Below are positions 1 to 11,530 of a stretch of 64,000 bases of DNA, in pieces. The notes under the pieces are model-generated. The model searched no databases, was not told the origin of the DNA, and saw nothing but the letters and a program-made list of their open reading frames with translations. The first letter of the stretch is position 1, and every line of letters begins with the position of its first letter. The translations under genes were made by a program, and so were the position numbers. Source of the stretch: Escherichia phage vB_EcoM_G4507; sequence record NC_054919.1. One strand, written 5' to 3'.

Positions 1-1
1 A

Positions 2-202
2 ATGTCTTTAGTGATTTTTGGATGGTTATCAACACAATCAAAATTTATTGATTATGCCGACAAAGATGACATGCGATTAGCATCTGAAGTGTTTTCAAAA
101 GAACTCCAAGATATGGGTGATGAATACGCTCCAGTTATATTTGTTGATTCGGTTCATTCTGCTGAGTATGTTCCAGTATCTCATGGTATGTCAATGGTAT
201 AA
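2..202 (+). CDS. 17: terminase large subunit gp17, C-terminal fragment (5' end outside window)
   Basis: Open frame entering the window and ending just upstream of the gene 18 late promoter; assigned by T4 synteny (17 precedes 18), not by motif. Confidence 0.6.
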   Translation: MSLVIFGWLSTQSKFIDYADKDDMRLASEVFSKELQDMGDEYAPVIFVDSVHSAEYVPVSHGMSMV

Positions 203-205
203 ATA
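198..205 (+). promoter_or_regulatory. T4-type late promoter (TATAAATA) for gene 18
   Basis: Exact TATAAATA about 29 nt upstream of the gene 18 ATG, followed by AAGAGGA Shine-Dalgarno. Confidence 0.55.
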
Positions 206-233
206 TATTAAAGCATATTAAAGAGGATTAAAA

Positions 234-2213
234 ATGACTTTATTATCTCCGGGCATTGAGCTCAAAGAAACTACGGTTCAAAGCACCGTGGTTAATAACT
301 CTACTGGTACAGCAGCTTTGGCCGGTAAATTCCAGTGGGGTCCTGCTTTTCAGATTAAACAGGTTACAAATGAAGTAGATTTAGTTAATACTTTTGGTCA
401 ACCAACCGCTGAAACAGCTGACTACTTTATGTCTGCGATGAATTTCTTGCAGTACGGAAATGACTTACGAGTAGTTCGTGCTGTTGATAGAGATACCGCT
501 AAAAACTCATCGCCAATTGCTGGTAATATTGAATACACAATTTCTACCCCAGGTAGTAACTATGCAGTTGGAGATAAAATCACGGTCAAATATGTTTCAG
601 ATGATATTGAAACTGAAGGTAAAATTACTGAAGTAGACGCAGATGGAAAAATTAAGAAAATTAATATTCCTACTGCAAAAATTATTGCTAAAGCTAAAGA
701 AGTTGGCGAATACCCAGCATTAGGTTCTAACTGGACTGCAGAAATTTCTTCATCTTCTTCCGGTTTAGCTGCAGTAATAACTCTTGGAAAAATTATTACT
801 GATTCCGGTATTTTATTAGCTGAAATCGAGAGCGCTGAAACTGCTATGACAGCAGTTGATTTTCAGGCAAATCTTGAAAAATATGGAATTCCAGGAGTAG
901 TAGCTCTCTATCCAGGCGAATTAGGCGATAAAATTGAAATTGAAATCGTATCTAAAGCTGACTATGCGAAAGGCGCTTCTGCATTACTCCCAATTTATCC
1001 AGGTGGTGGTACTCGCGCATCTACTGCCAAAGCAGTGTTTGGATATGGACCACAAACTGATTCACAGTACGCCATTATAGTTCGTCGTAATGATGCTATT
1101 GTTCAAAGCGTTGTTCTTTCAACTAAGCGTGGTGAAAAAGATATTTACGATAGTAACATCTATATTGATGACTTTTTCGCAAAAGGTGGTTCAGAATATA
1201 TTTTCGCAACTGCGCAAAACTGGCCAGAAGGCTTCTCTGGAATTTTAACTCTGTCTGGTGGATTATCATCAAATGCTGAAGTAACAGCAGGAGATTTGAT
1301 GGAAGCTTGGGACTTCTTTGCTGACCGCGAATCTGTTGACGTTCAGTTGTTTATTGCGGGTTCTTGTGCCGGTGAATCTTTAGAAACAGCATCTACTGTC
1401 CAAAAACATGTTGTTTCAATTGGTGATGCTCGTCAAGATTGCTTAGTATTGTGCTCACCTCCGCGTGAAACTGTAGTTGGAATTCCTGTAACTCGTGCAG
1501 TAGATAATTTAGTTAACTGGAGAACTGCAGCAGGTTCATACACTGATAATAACTTTAATATCAGTTCAACCTATGCAGCAATTGATGGTAACTATAAGTA
1601 TCAGTATGACAAATATAATGATGTGAATCGTTGGGTTCCATTAGCAGCTGATATTGCTGGTTTATGCGCAAGAACTGATAACGTATCTCAGACTTGGATG
1701 TCTCCAGCTGGTTATAATCGTGGCCAAATTTTGAACGTTATTAAACTGGCTATTGAAACTCGCCAGGCTCAGCGCGACCGTTTATACCAAGAAGCTATCA
1801 ACCCGGTAACCGGTACAGGTGGTGATGGTTACGTATTGTATGGTGATAAAACAGCTACTTCTGTTCCTTCTCCATTTGATCGTATTAACGTTCGTCGTCT
1901 GTTTAATATGTTGAAAACGAATATCGGACGTAGTTCAAAATATCGTTTGTTCGAATTAAACAACGCGTTTACTCGTTCATCATTCCGCACAGAAACTGCC
2001 CAGTACTTGCAGGGAATTAAAGCTCTCGGTGGAATTTATGAATATCGTGTAGTTTGCGATACAACAAATAATACTCCGTCAGTAATTGATAGAAATGAGT
2101 TTGTTGCAACATTCTACATCCAACCGGCTCGTAGTATAAATTATATCCAACTTAATTTCGTCGCAACTGCTACTGGTGCAGATTTTGATGAGTTAACTGG
2201 TCTTGCAGGTTAA
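234..2213 (+). CDS. 18: tail sheath protein gp18
   Basis: 659-aa ORF MTLLSPGIELKETTVQ...; length and N-terminus match T4 gp18 as recalled; synteny 17-18-19. Confidence 0.95.
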   Translation: MTLLSPGIELKETTVQSTVVNNSTGTAALAGKFQWGPAFQIKQVTNEVDLVNTFGQPTAETADYFMSAMNFLQYGNDLRVVRAVDRDTAKNSSPIAGNIEYTISTPGSNYAVGDKITVKYVSDDIETEGKITEVDADGKIKKINIPTAKIIAKAKEVGEYPALGSNWTAEISSSSSGLAAVITLGKIITDSGILLAEIESAETAMTAVDFQANLEKYGIPGVVALYPGELGDKIEIEIVSKADYAKGASALLPIYPGGGTRASTAKAVFGYGPQTDSQYAIIVRRNDAIVQSVVLSTKRGEKDIYDSNIYIDDFFAKGGSEYIFATAQNWPEGFSGILTLSGGLSSNAEVTAGDLMEAWDFFADRESVDVQLFIAGSCAGESLETASTVQKHVVSIGDARQDCLVLCSPPRETVVGIPVTRAVDNLVNWRTAAGSYTDNNFNISSTYAAIDGNYKYQYDKYNDVNRWVPLAADIAGLCARTDNVSQTWMSPAGYNRGQILNVIKLAIETRQAQRDRLYQEAINPVTGTGGDGYVLYGDKTATSVPSPFDRINVRRLFNMLKTNIGRSSKYRLFELNNAFTRSSFRTETAQYLQGIKALGGIYEYRVVCDTTNNTPSVIDRNEFVATFYIQPARSINYIQLNFVATATGADFDELTGLAG

Positions 2214-2221
2214 TTGATTAT

Positions 2222-2235
2222 GGGGCTTCGGCCCC
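2222..2235 (+). terminator. GC-rich hairpin GGGGC-UUCG-GCCCC after gene 18
   Basis: Perfect 5-bp stem with UUCG tetraloop 9 nt after the gene 18 stop codon; lies inside the TTG-initiated ORF-track model 2214..2858. Confidence 0.5.
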
Positions 2236-2252
2236 TATTCTCGAGGAAACAA

Positions 2253-2858
2253 GTGATTATTTCTAAGTTTGTTACAATAAAACCAAGAAATCATTCAAAA
2301 ATGTGGTCGACAATTCTGGGATATAAAGTATCATATCATGATACAGTATCTGTTCCAATAGAATTAATGCCAAAGAATAGTAATAAAATAGTTGACGCTA
2401 AATGTGATTTGTGTGGTACTAAATTTAGTAGAAGCATTCAACTTTTAAATAGAACACCCACACATGCATGTAGAAAATGTAGCATTAAACAAGTTGCTAT
2501 TAAAAATTCGGAAGTTCAATCTGGAATAAGCAGACCATGGCAAAGAGGCGATAAACATCCTCGATGGACTGGTAAAAGAAAAGAGTTTGCATTATATGCT
2601 AGTAGAGTTCATTCTATAACTAAGTCAGCTAAAATAAGAAAAATTTGGTCAAAATGGCCGAATGCTGATAAAATAGGAGTGTGTGGAGTAGAAGGTGCTT
2701 ACCAACTCGATCATAAAGTATCTATCAAATATGGATTTGATAATTTAATTCCGCCGGAAATTATAGCAAGCGTAAAAAATTTAGAAATAATCACTTGGGA
2801 ATCTAACCGAGAAAAGTCAAAAAGAAATAGCGTAGATCTTTGGGATTTACTAGAATGA
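2253..2858 (+). CDS. free-standing HNH-family endonuclease (mob-like)
   Basis: C-terminal HNH-like motif GAYQLDHKVSIKYGFDNLIPPEIIASVKNLEIITWESNREKSKRN plus Cys pairs (CDLCG...CRKCS). Start set at GTG 2253 preceded by GAGGA; alternative ATG at 2301. Confidence 0.6.
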   Translation: MIISKFVTIKPRNHSKMWSTILGYKVSYHDTVSVPIELMPKNSNKIVDAKCDLCGTKFSRSIQLLNRTPTHACRKCSIKQVAIKNSEVQSGISRPWQRGDKHPRWTGKRKEFALYASRVHSITKSAKIRKIWSKWPNADKIGVCGVEGAYQLDHKVSIKYGFDNLIPPEIIASVKNLEIITWESNREKSKRNSVDLWDLLE

Positions 2859-2865
2859 TTCTAAA

Positions 2866-2883
2866 GGCCTGTTTCGACAGGCC
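2866..2883 (+). terminator. hairpin GGCCUGU-UUCG-ACAGGCC after the HNH gene
   Basis: 7-bp perfect stem with UUCG loop immediately 3' of the HNH ORF stop; followed by a TATAAATA at 2885-2892. Confidence 0.5.
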
Positions 2884-2943
2884 ATATAAATACACTATAT
2901 CCTTAATTCTTTAATTCTATATGCCCTAGGTTAAACATAGGGA

Positions 2944-2951
2944 TATAAATA
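2944..2951 (+). promoter_or_regulatory. late promoter TATAAATA for gene 19 (second copy at 2885-2892)
   Basis: TATAAATA 15 nt upstream of the gene 19 ATG, with GAGG Shine-Dalgarno between. Confidence 0.55.
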
Positions 2952-2965
2952 CTACAGAGGCTAAT

Positions 2966-3457
2966 ATGTTTGTAGATGATGTAACACGAGCGTTTGAATC
3001 TGGTGATTTTGCTCGACCTAACTTATTCCAAGTAGAAATTTCTTATCTTGGACAAAATTTTACATTCCAATGTAAAGCCACTGCTTTACCAGCTGGTATT
3101 GTAGAAAAAATTCCAGTCGGATTTATGAACCGTAAAATTAACGTAGCAGGCGATCGTACATTCGATGACTGGACTGTTACAGTAATGAACGATGAAGCTC
3201 ATGATGCTCGCCAGAAGTTTGTTGATTGGCAAAGCATTGCTGCTGGTCAAGGAAACGAAATTACTGGTGGAAAACCTGCAGAGTATAAAAAGAGCGCTAT
3301 TGTTCGTCAATATGCTCGTGATGCTAAAACAGTAACAAAAGAAATTGAAATTAAAGGTCTGTGGCCTACTAACGTGGGTGAACTTCAATTAGATTGGGAT
3401 TCAAACAATGAAATCCAAACCTTTGAAGTAACTCTTGCTCTCGATTATTGGGAATAA
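2966..3457 (+). CDS. 19: tail tube protein gp19
   Basis: 163-aa ORF MFVDDVTRAFESGDFARPNLFQVEISYLG...; length matches T4 gp19 as recalled; synteny. Confidence 0.95.
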   Translation: MFVDDVTRAFESGDFARPNLFQVEISYLGQNFTFQCKATALPAGIVEKIPVGFMNRKINVAGDRTFDDWTVTVMNDEAHDARQKFVDWQSIAAGQGNEITGGKPAEYKKSAIVRQYARDAKTVTKEIEIKGLWPTNVGELQLDWDSNNEIQTFEVTLALDYWE

Positions 3458-3463
3458 AATGAA

Positions 3464-3478
3464 TGGGGAGAAATCCCC
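3464..3478 (+). terminator. hairpin GGGGA-GAAAU-CCCC after gene 19
   Basis: 5-bp stem-loop directly after the gene 19 stop; late promoter TATAAATA follows at 3505-3512. Confidence 0.45.
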
Positions 3479-3489
3479 ATCCTGCTTAA

Positions 3490-5114
<1,625 letters not shown>

Positions 5115-5115
<1 letters not shown>

Positions 5116-5354
5116 TGGAAGGTTTAATTGAAGCTATTAAATCAAACGACCTCGTAGCCGCTCGTAAATTATTTGCTGAAGCCATGGCTGCAAGAACGAC
5201 TGATTTAATTAAAGAAGAAAAAATCGCTATCGCTCGTAATTTCTTAATCGAAGGTGAAGAACCTGATGACGAGGATGATGACGAAGACGAAGATAGTGAT
5301 GATAAAGACGACAAAAAAGACAAAGACTCTGACGAAGACGAGGATGATGAATAA
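5115..5354 (+). CDS. 67: prohead core protein gp67 (acidic C-terminal tail)
   Basis: 79-aa ORF with poly-Asp/Glu tail; start overlaps gene 20 stop (ATGA-type coupling); synteny 20-67-68-21. Confidence 0.85.
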
Positions 5355-5779
5355 TGCTTCTGATCCCTGAAACTCATGAATTAGTTCTCGAGAATGTCGA
5401 AGCACTTATTCCTGAAGCACAGGGTCGCTTTGACGAATTGTCTTCTGCTTTAAATAAAGACGATATAAATACAATTGTCGAGAATATGCTTGATGATGAA
5501 ACTGATTTAGCGGTTGCATTAGCTTCTATTAATGAAAATATGCCGTTAAATGAATTTATCGTTAAACATGTTTCTGCCCGTGGTGAAATTACTCGCACTA
5601 AAGATCGCAAAACCCGCGAACGTAATGCATTTCAAACTACCGGGTTGTCTAAAGCAAAACGTAGACAAATTGCTCGTAAAGCTACCAAAACGAAGATTGC
5701 CAATCCAGCAGGTCAATCTCGTGCTCAGCGTAAGCGTAAAAAAGCTCTTAAACGCCGTAAAGCATTAGGATTAAGCTAA
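5354..5779 (+). CDS. 68: prohead core protein gp68
   Basis: 141-aa ORF translationally coupled to gene 67; basic C-terminus; synteny. Confidence 0.85.
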
Positions 5780-6417
5780 TGAATGAACCCCAATTACTAA
5801 TTGAAACTTGGGGTCAACCTGGCGAAATTATTGATGGCGTACCAATGCTTGAATCTCATGATGGAAAAGACTTAGGTTTAAAACCGGGTTTATACATCGA
5901 AGGAATATTCATGCAAGCGGAAGTCGTCAATAGAAATAAACGTCTTTATCCAAAACGTATATTAGAAAAAGCGGTAAAAGACTATATTAATGAGCAAGTT
6001 TTAACTAAACAAGCTCTCGGAGAATTAAATCATCCTCCACGCGCTAATGTTGACCCGATGCAAGCCGCTATCATTATAGAAGATATGTGGTGGAAAGGAA
6101 ATGACGTATACGGACGAGCTCGTGTTATTGAAGGTGACCACGGTCCTGGAGATAAATTAGCAGCTAATATTCGTGCCGGATGGATTCCAGGAGTTTCTTC
6201 TCGTGGATTAGGTTCATTGACTGACACAAATAAAGGTTATCGTATCGTAAACGAAGGATTCAAATTAACTGTAGGTGTTGATGCAGTATGGGGTCCAAGT
6301 GCTCCAGATGCATGGGTAACTCCTAAGGAAATTACCGAATCACAGACGGCGGAAGCCGATACAAGTGCCGATGACGCCTATATGGCTCTCGCAGAGGCCA
6401 TGAAAAAAGCGTTATAA
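5779..6417 (+). CDS. 21: prohead core protease gp21
   Basis: 212-aa [37 protein letters not shown]...; length and position match T4 gp21 as recalled. Confidence 0.92.
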   Translation: MNEPQLLIETWGQPGEIIDGVPMLESHDGKDLGLKPGLYIEGIFMQAEVVNRNKRLYPKRILEKAVKDYINEQVLTKQALGELNHPPRANVDPMQAAIIIEDMWWKGNDVYGRARVIEGDHGPGDKLAANIRAGWIPGVSSRGLGSLTDTNKGYRIVNEGFKLTVGVDAVWGPSAPDAWVTPKEITESQTAEADTSADDAYMALAEAMKKAL

Positions 6418-6420
6418 ATA
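6413..6420 (+). promoter_or_regulatory. late promoter TATAAATA for gene 22, overlapping the gene 21 stop codon
   Basis: TATAAATA spans the TAA stop of gene 21, 28 nt upstream of the gene 22 ATG. Confidence 0.5.
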
Positions 6421-6447
6421 TTATTATCTAAACAACAGGACTACAAA

Positions 6448-7257
6448 ATGCTTAAAGAACAACTGATTGCCGAAGCGCAGAAAATTGATGCTTCCGTTGC
6501 TCTTGATAGTATTTTCGAATCAGTTAATATTTCTCCGGAAGCAAAAGAAACTTTCGGCACTGTATTCGAAGCTACCGTCAAGCAGCACGCCGTTAAATTA
6601 GCTGAATCTCATATCGCTAAAATTGCTGAAAAAGCAGAAGAAGAAGTAGAAAAAAATAAAGAAGAAGCAGAAGAAAAAGCTGAGAAGAAAATCGCTGAGC
6701 AAGCTTCTAAATTCCTTGACCATCTTGCAAAAGAATGGCTCACTGAAAATAAATTAGCAGTAGATAAAGGTATCAAAGCCGAACTGTTTGAATCCATGCT
6801 TGGTGGATTGAAAGAGCTCTTCGTTGAACACAACGTTGTTGTTCCAGAAGAATCAGTTGATGTTGTAGCTGAAATGGAAGAAGAACTGCAAGAACATAAA
6901 GAAGAATCAGCTCGTCTGTTCGAAGAACTCAATAAGCGTGACGCATATATCAATTATGTGCAGCGTGAAGTGGCATTGAGCGAAAGTACTAAAGATCTGA
7001 CTGAGTCTCAAAAAGAAAAAGTCTCTGCTCTGGTCGAAGGTATGGATTATTCAGATGCATTCTCAAGTAAATTGAGTGCAATCGTAGAAATGGTGAAGAA
7101 ATCTAATAAAGATGAAAGCACTATTACTGAGAGTATAAATACTCCTGATACTGAAGCAGCCGGACTGAATTTCGTCACTGAAGCTGTAGAAGATAAATCT
7201 GCACAAGGTGCAGAAGATATTGTAAGTGTATATGCGAAAGTCGCATCTCGTTTCTAA
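6448..7257 (+). CDS. 22: prohead core scaffold protein gp22
   Basis: 269-aa highly charged, coiled-coil-like ORF (AEKAEEEVEKNKEEAEEKAEKK); synteny. Confidence 0.9.
   Translation: MLKEQLIAEAQKIDASVALDSIFESVNISPEAKETFGTVFEATVKQHAVKLAESHIAKIAEKAEEEVEKNKEEAEEKAEKKIAEQASKFLDHLAKEWLTENKLAVDKGIKAELFESMLGGLKELFVEHNVVVPEESVDVVAEMEEELQEHKEESARLFEELNKRDAYINYVQREVALSESTKDLTESQKEKVSALVEGMDYSDAFSSKLSAIVEMVKKSNKDESTITESINTPDTEAAGLNFVTEAVEDKSAQGAEDIVSVYAKVASRF
7134..7141 (+). promoter_or_regulatory. late promoter TATAAATA for gene 23, inside the 3' end of gene 22
   Basis: TATAAATA within the gene 22 coding sequence about 135 nt upstream of the gene 23 ATG. Confidence 0.5.
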
Positions 7258-7275
7258 TTTTAAAGGTTAACACAA

Positions 7276-8841
7276 ATGACTATCAAAACTAAAGCTGAAC
7301 TTTTGAACAAATGGAAGCCATTACTGGAAGGTGAAGGTTTACCGGAAATTGCTAATAGCAAACAAGCGATTATCGCTAAAATCTTTGAAAACCAGGAAAA
7401 AGATTTCCAGACAGCTCCGGAATATAAAGACGAAAAAATTGCTCAGGCATTCGGTTCTTTCTTAACAGAAGCTGAAATCGGTGGTGACCACGGTTACAAT
7501 GCTACCAACATCGCCGCAGGTCAGACTTCTGGCGCAGTAACTCAGATTGGCCCAGCTGTTATGGGTATGGTACGTCGTGCTATTCCTAACCTGATTGCTT
7601 TCGATATTTGTGGTGTTCAGCCAATGAACAGCCCGACTGGCCAGGTATTCGCGCTGCGCGCAGTATATGGTAAAGATCCAATCGCTTCCGGCGCTAAAGA
7701 AGCATTCCACCCAATGTATGGTCCAGATGCAATGTTCTCTGGTCAGGGTGCTGCTAAGAAATTCGCTGCTTTGAAAGCAAGTGATACTCTTGAAGTCGGA
7801 ACTATTTACACTCACTTCTTCCAGGAAACTGGTACAGTATATCTGCAAGCTACAGCAGCTAAACAAATTGATTCAGGCGCATCTGACGCAGACAAATTAG
7901 ATGCTGAAATTAAGAAACAAATGGAAGCTGGTGTACTGGTAGAAATCGCTGAAGGTATGGCTACTTCTATCGCTGAACTTCAGGAAGGTTTCAACGGTTC
8001 TACCGATAACCCATGGAATGAAATGGGCTTCCGTATCGATAAACAAGTTATCGAAGCTAAATCTCGTCAGCTGAAAGCTGCTTACTCTATTGAATTAGCA
8101 CAAGACCTTCGCGCTGTTCACGGTATGGATGCTGATGCTGAACTGTCTGGTATTCTGGCTACCGAAATTATGCTGGAAATCAACCGCGAAGTTGTTGATT
8201 GGATTAACTACTCCGCTCAGGTTGGTAAATCTGGTATGACCCTGACTCCGGGTTCTAAAGCTGGTGTATTTGACTTCCAGGACCCAATCGATATTCGTGG
8301 TGCTCGCTGGGCAGGTGAATCCTTTAAAGCTCTGTTGTTCCAGATTGACAAAGAAGCAGTTGAAATTGCTCGTCAGACTGGTCGCGGCGAAGGTAACTTC
8401 ATTATCGCTTCCCGTAACGTAGTTAACGTTCTGGCTTCAGTTGATACCGGCATTTCTTATGCTGCACAAGGTCTGGCTACTGGCTTTAACACTGATACTA
8501 CCAAGTCAGTATTTGCTGGTGTTCTGGGTGGTAAATACCGTGTATATATCGACCAGTATGCTAAACAGGATTATTTCACCGTAGGTTATAAAGGTCCGAA
8601 CGAAATGGATGCTGGTATTTACTATGCTCCATATGTAGCTCTGACTCCGCTGCGTGGTTCTGATCCGAAGAACTTCCAACCGGTAATGGGATTCAAAACT
8701 CGTTACGGTATCGGTATCAACCCATTTGCAGAATCCGCTGCTCAGGCTCCGGCTTCTCGCATCCAGAGCGGTATGCCTTCTATTCTGAATAGCCTTGGTA
8801 AAAACGCTTACTTCCGCCGTGTATATGTTAAAGGTATCTAA
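7276..8841 (+). CDS. 23: major capsid protein gp23
   Basis: 521-aa ORF MTIKTKAELLNKWKPLLEGEGLPEIANSKQAIIAKIFENQEKDFQ...; T4 gp23-like over the full length. Confidence 0.97.
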   Translation: MTIKTKAELLNKWKPLLEGEGLPEIANSKQAIIAKIFENQEKDFQTAPEYKDEKIAQAFGSFLTEAEIGGDHGYNATNIAAGQTSGAVTQIGPAVMGMVRRAIPNLIAFDICGVQPMNSPTGQVFALRAVYGKDPIASGAKEAFHPMYGPDAMFSGQGAAKKFAALKASDTLEVGTIYTHFFQETGTVYLQATAAKQIDSGASDADKLDAEIKKQMEAGVLVEIAEGMATSIAELQEGFNGSTDNPWNEMGFRIDKQVIEAKSRQLKAAYSIELAQDLRAVHGMDADAELSGILATEIMLEINREVVDWINYSAQVGKSGMTLTPGSKAGVFDFQDPIDIRGARWAGESFKALLFQIDKEAVEIARQTGRGEGNFIIASRNVVNVLASVDTGISYAAQGLATGFNTDTTKSVFAGVLGGKYRVYIDQYAKQDYFTVGYKGPNEMDAGIYYAPYVALTPLRGSDPKNFQPVMGFKTRYGIGINPFAESAAQAPASRIQSGMPSILNSLGKNAYFRRVYVKGI

Positions 8842-8854
8842 TCTTTGACGATTT

Positions 8855-8874
8855 AAGGGACCTTCGGGTCCCTT
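8855..8874 (+). terminator. hairpin AAGGGACC-UUCG-GGUCCCUU after gene 23
   Basis: 8-bp perfect stem with UUCG tetraloop 14 nt after the gene 23 stop, followed by U-run. Confidence 0.6.
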
Positions 8875-8924
8875 TAGTTGTTTTTATGGTATAAATAAAT
8901 CATATAAACTGAAAGGAAAGCGCA

Positions 8925-10208
8925 ATGGCTAAAATCAACGAACTTCTGCGCGAATCAACCACAACGAATAGCAACTCAATCGGTCGCCCAAATCTCGTTG
9001 CTTTGACTCGCGCTACCACTAAATTAATATATTCTGACATTGTAGCAACGCAAAGAACTAATCAACCTGTTGCTGCTTTTTATGGTATCAAATACCTTAA
9101 CCCGGATAACGAATTTACATTTAAAACTGGTGCTACTTACGCCGGCGAAGCTGGATATGTAGACCGAGAACAAATCACAGAATTAACAGAAGAGTCTAAA
9201 TTAACTCTCAATAAGGGCGATTTATTCAAATATAATAATATCGTTTATAAAGTATTAGAAGATACACCATTTGCTGATATTGAAGAAAGCGATTTAGAAT
9301 TAGCTCTTCAGATTGCAATTGTTCTTTTAAAGGTTCGTCTATTTTCTGACGCAGCGTCAACAAGCAAATTTGAAAGCTCTGATAGTGAAATTGCGGATGC
9401 TAGATTCCAGATTAATAAATGGCAAACCGCAGTTAAATCTCGTAAACTTAAAACTGGTATCACAGTTGAATTAGCACAAGATTTAGAAGCAAATGGATTC
9501 GATGCTCCTAATTTCTTGGAAGATTTGCTTGCAACCGAAATGGCAGATGAAATCAATAAAGATATTCTGCAGTCTTTGATTACAGTGTCAAAACGCTATA
9601 AAGTTACAGGAATTACTGATACTGGATTCATCGATTTGAGTTATGCATCTGCACCTGAAGCTGGTCGTTCATTATACCGAATGGTATGTGAAATGGTTTC
9701 ACATATCCAGAAAGAATCAACTTATACAGCAACGTTCTGTGTTGCTTCAGCTCGTGCCGCTGCGATTCTTGCTGCATCAGGTTGGTTAAAACATAAACCA
9801 GAAGATGACAAATATCTTTCACAAAATGCCTACGGGTTCTTAGCTAATGGTTTACCGCTTTATTGCGATACCAACAGCCCATTAGATTATGTAATCGTTG
9901 GCGTAGTAGAAAATATCGGTGAAAAAGAAATTGTTGGATCAATTTTCTATGCTCCGTATACAGAAGGTCTTGACTTAGATGACCCTGAACATGTAGGTGC
10001 ATTTAAAGTTGTAGTTGATCCAGAAAGTTTGCAGCCATCTATCGGTTTATTAGTTAGATATGCTTTATCTGCAAATCCTTACACTGTAGCAAAAGATGAA
10101 AAAGAAGCAAGAGTAATTGATGGTGGAGACATGGATAAAATGGCGGGTCGTTCAGATTTGTCTGTTTTATTAGGTGTTAAGCTACCAAAAATTATCATTG
10201 ATGAATAA
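8925..10208 (+). CDS. 24: head vertex protein gp24
   Basis: 427-aa ORF, gp23 paralog by position; late promoter TATAAATA at 8890-8897; synteny. Confidence 0.93.
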   Translation: MAKINELLRESTTTNSNSIGRPNLVALTRATTKLIYSDIVATQRTNQPVAAFYGIKYLNPDNEFTFKTGATYAGEAGYVDREQITELTEESKLTLNKGDLFKYNNIVYKVLEDTPFADIEESDLELALQIAIVLLKVRLFSDAASTSKFESSDSEIADARFQINKWQTAVKSRKLKTGITVELAQDLEANGFDAPNFLEDLLATEMADEINKDILQSLITVSKRYKVTGITDTGFIDLSYASAPEAGRSLYRMVCEMVSHIQKESTYTATFCVASARAAAILAASGWLKHKPEDDKYLSQNAYGFLANGLPLYCDTNSPLDYVIVGVVENIGEKEIVGSIFYAPYTEGLDLDDPEHVGAFKVVVDPESLQPSIGLLVRYALSANPYTVAKDEKEARVIDGGDMDKMAGRSDLSVLLGVKLPKIIIDE

Positions 10209-10211
10209 AAC

Positions 10212-10233
10212 AAAGGGACCTTTCGGTCCCTTT
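10212..10233. terminator. bidirectional hairpin AAAGGGACC-UUUC-GGUCCCUUU between convergent genes 24 and rnlB
   Basis: 9-bp stem, symmetric A/U flanks, placed exactly between the two convergent stop codons. Confidence 0.6.
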
Positions 10234-10237
10234 TTAT

Positions 10238-11242
10238 TTAACTTACCAATTCAATCCAAGCCGGACGAAGTACATCTTGTACCATTTTAACTAATTCCTT
10301 CTTAATCAAAGAAGGATTATCCGCTTGAGTTAGAGTAATACCTTCACGAGAAGTTTCTTCCAAAATATCTTGAACCGTTAGTCCCATCACCTTTCCAAAA
10401 TCTTTTGGACCAATTTCACCAATTTTAGAAATAACGTTATTTACTCGGTTCAGTGTAACATAACAAGCTAAAATTCCCAGCAATTTATTATCAGCTTCTG
10501 ACAACTCAACTTTAGCTTTAATAGGCTTATCAGACTTTTTCTTTTCACTAAATTTAGAGTTCTTGCATTTGATGGCTACACGATTGCGATTAGGCAGCCA
10601 AGAAGGATAACAAGGTTTCAATACATATCCTTCAGCGGTAAATACTTCGCCTTTTGCTTCAGCATTCCAAACGCATTTATTTGCATCAACTAATCCAGCA
10701 TGGTCTACCGTAAAATTATAATCCTGTACGACAGAATCTAAATCATTTGGCAATTTAATAAGTTCTTCAAATTTACCACGACCTAAAAGTGGAGCCATTT
10801 TAAATTTAAATGTATTACAGAATGATTCCATCATATAATCATCGACATAAATTACATCACCACTTTCTGTAGTAACAATAATGTCAAATACATAAAAATC
10901 TTTATCACCATAATCGACATTCTTCTGAATGCCAGGTCCGGCGAATTCACCAAAGACTTGATAAGATACAACCGCTGAAGTTTCCATAATATCTTGTACT
11001 GCTTTAATGGAATCAGCGTAATTCTTCAAAATAATTTCATACCCAAAGAAATCTTCAGCAGGAAGAATAGGACCAGTTCGTTTAGCACAAGTTACTTTAT
11101 CACGCTCAATAATCAATGAGAAATTTGTGCCGTGAATCTTTTCACGAGCTACCCATTCGCCGCCAGTCAATCCTAAACTGTAAAGTTTTTCAATAAATTT
11201 AGAGTTGTAATGATTTTCAAGACTGCTATACTTTTTAAACAT
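10238..11242 (-). CDS. rnlB: RNA ligase 2 (Rnl2)
   Basis: 334-aa ORF with nucleotidyltransferase motif [10 protein letters not shown] (lysine-adenylate site); synteny downstream of gene 24 on the opposite strand. Confidence 0.9.
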   Translation of the reverse strand: MFKKYSSLENHYNSKFIEKLYSLGLTGGEWVAREKIHGTNFSLIIERDKVTCAKRTGPILPAEDFFGYEIILKNYADSIKAVQDIMETSAVVSYQVFGEFAGPGIQKNVDYGDKDFYVFDIIVTTESGDVIYVDDYMMESFCNTFKFKMAPLLGRGKFEELIKLPNDLDSVVQDYNFTVDHAGLVDANKCVWNAEAKGEVFTAEGYVLKPCYPSWLPNRNRVAIKCKNSKFSEKKKSDKPIKAKVELSEADNKLLGILACYVTLNRVNNVISKIGEIGPKDFGKVMGLTVQDILEETSREGITLTQADNPSLIKKELVKMVQDVLRPAWIELVS

Positions 11243-11251
11243 AATTAATCC

Positions 11252-11530
11252 TCAAAATGTAATTTCTAACCAATCACCATCACGCTGATCACTATTGACT
11301 TTAAAGCTAAATCCTTCTTTTCTCAGCCAATCACCAATTTCTTCAGTAATCAATTTATCGCGAGCAGTACAATAATAACTAAAATATGTTTTACCTTGTT
11401 CAGCTGCTTTATTAGCAAGTTCCGAAAAATCTTTAATAAAACACTCTAGCTTAAACTGTTTACTTTTAAGTGCTTTTTCACGTAATTGATTAGCAAAAGA
11501 TTCATTTTCATAAAGATCATACTGTTCCAT
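11252..11530 (-). CDS. hypothetical protein (24.2-like)
   Basis: 92-aa ORF in the rnlB-hoc interval; position matches T4 24.2. Confidence 0.6.
   Translation of the reverse strand: MEQYDLYENESFANQLREKALKSKQFKLECFIKDFSELANKAAEQGKTYFSYYCTARDKLITEEIGDWLRKEGFSFKVNSDQRDGDWLEITF

Noticed and set aside
2214-2252. TTG-initiated N-terminal extension of the HNH ORF; same pattern at 16122, 41883, 50002 and 63075
   Set aside because: These extensions read through GC-rich terminator hairpins and lack Shine-Dalgarno sequences; downstream ATG or GTG with proper ribosome-binding sites were used instead.
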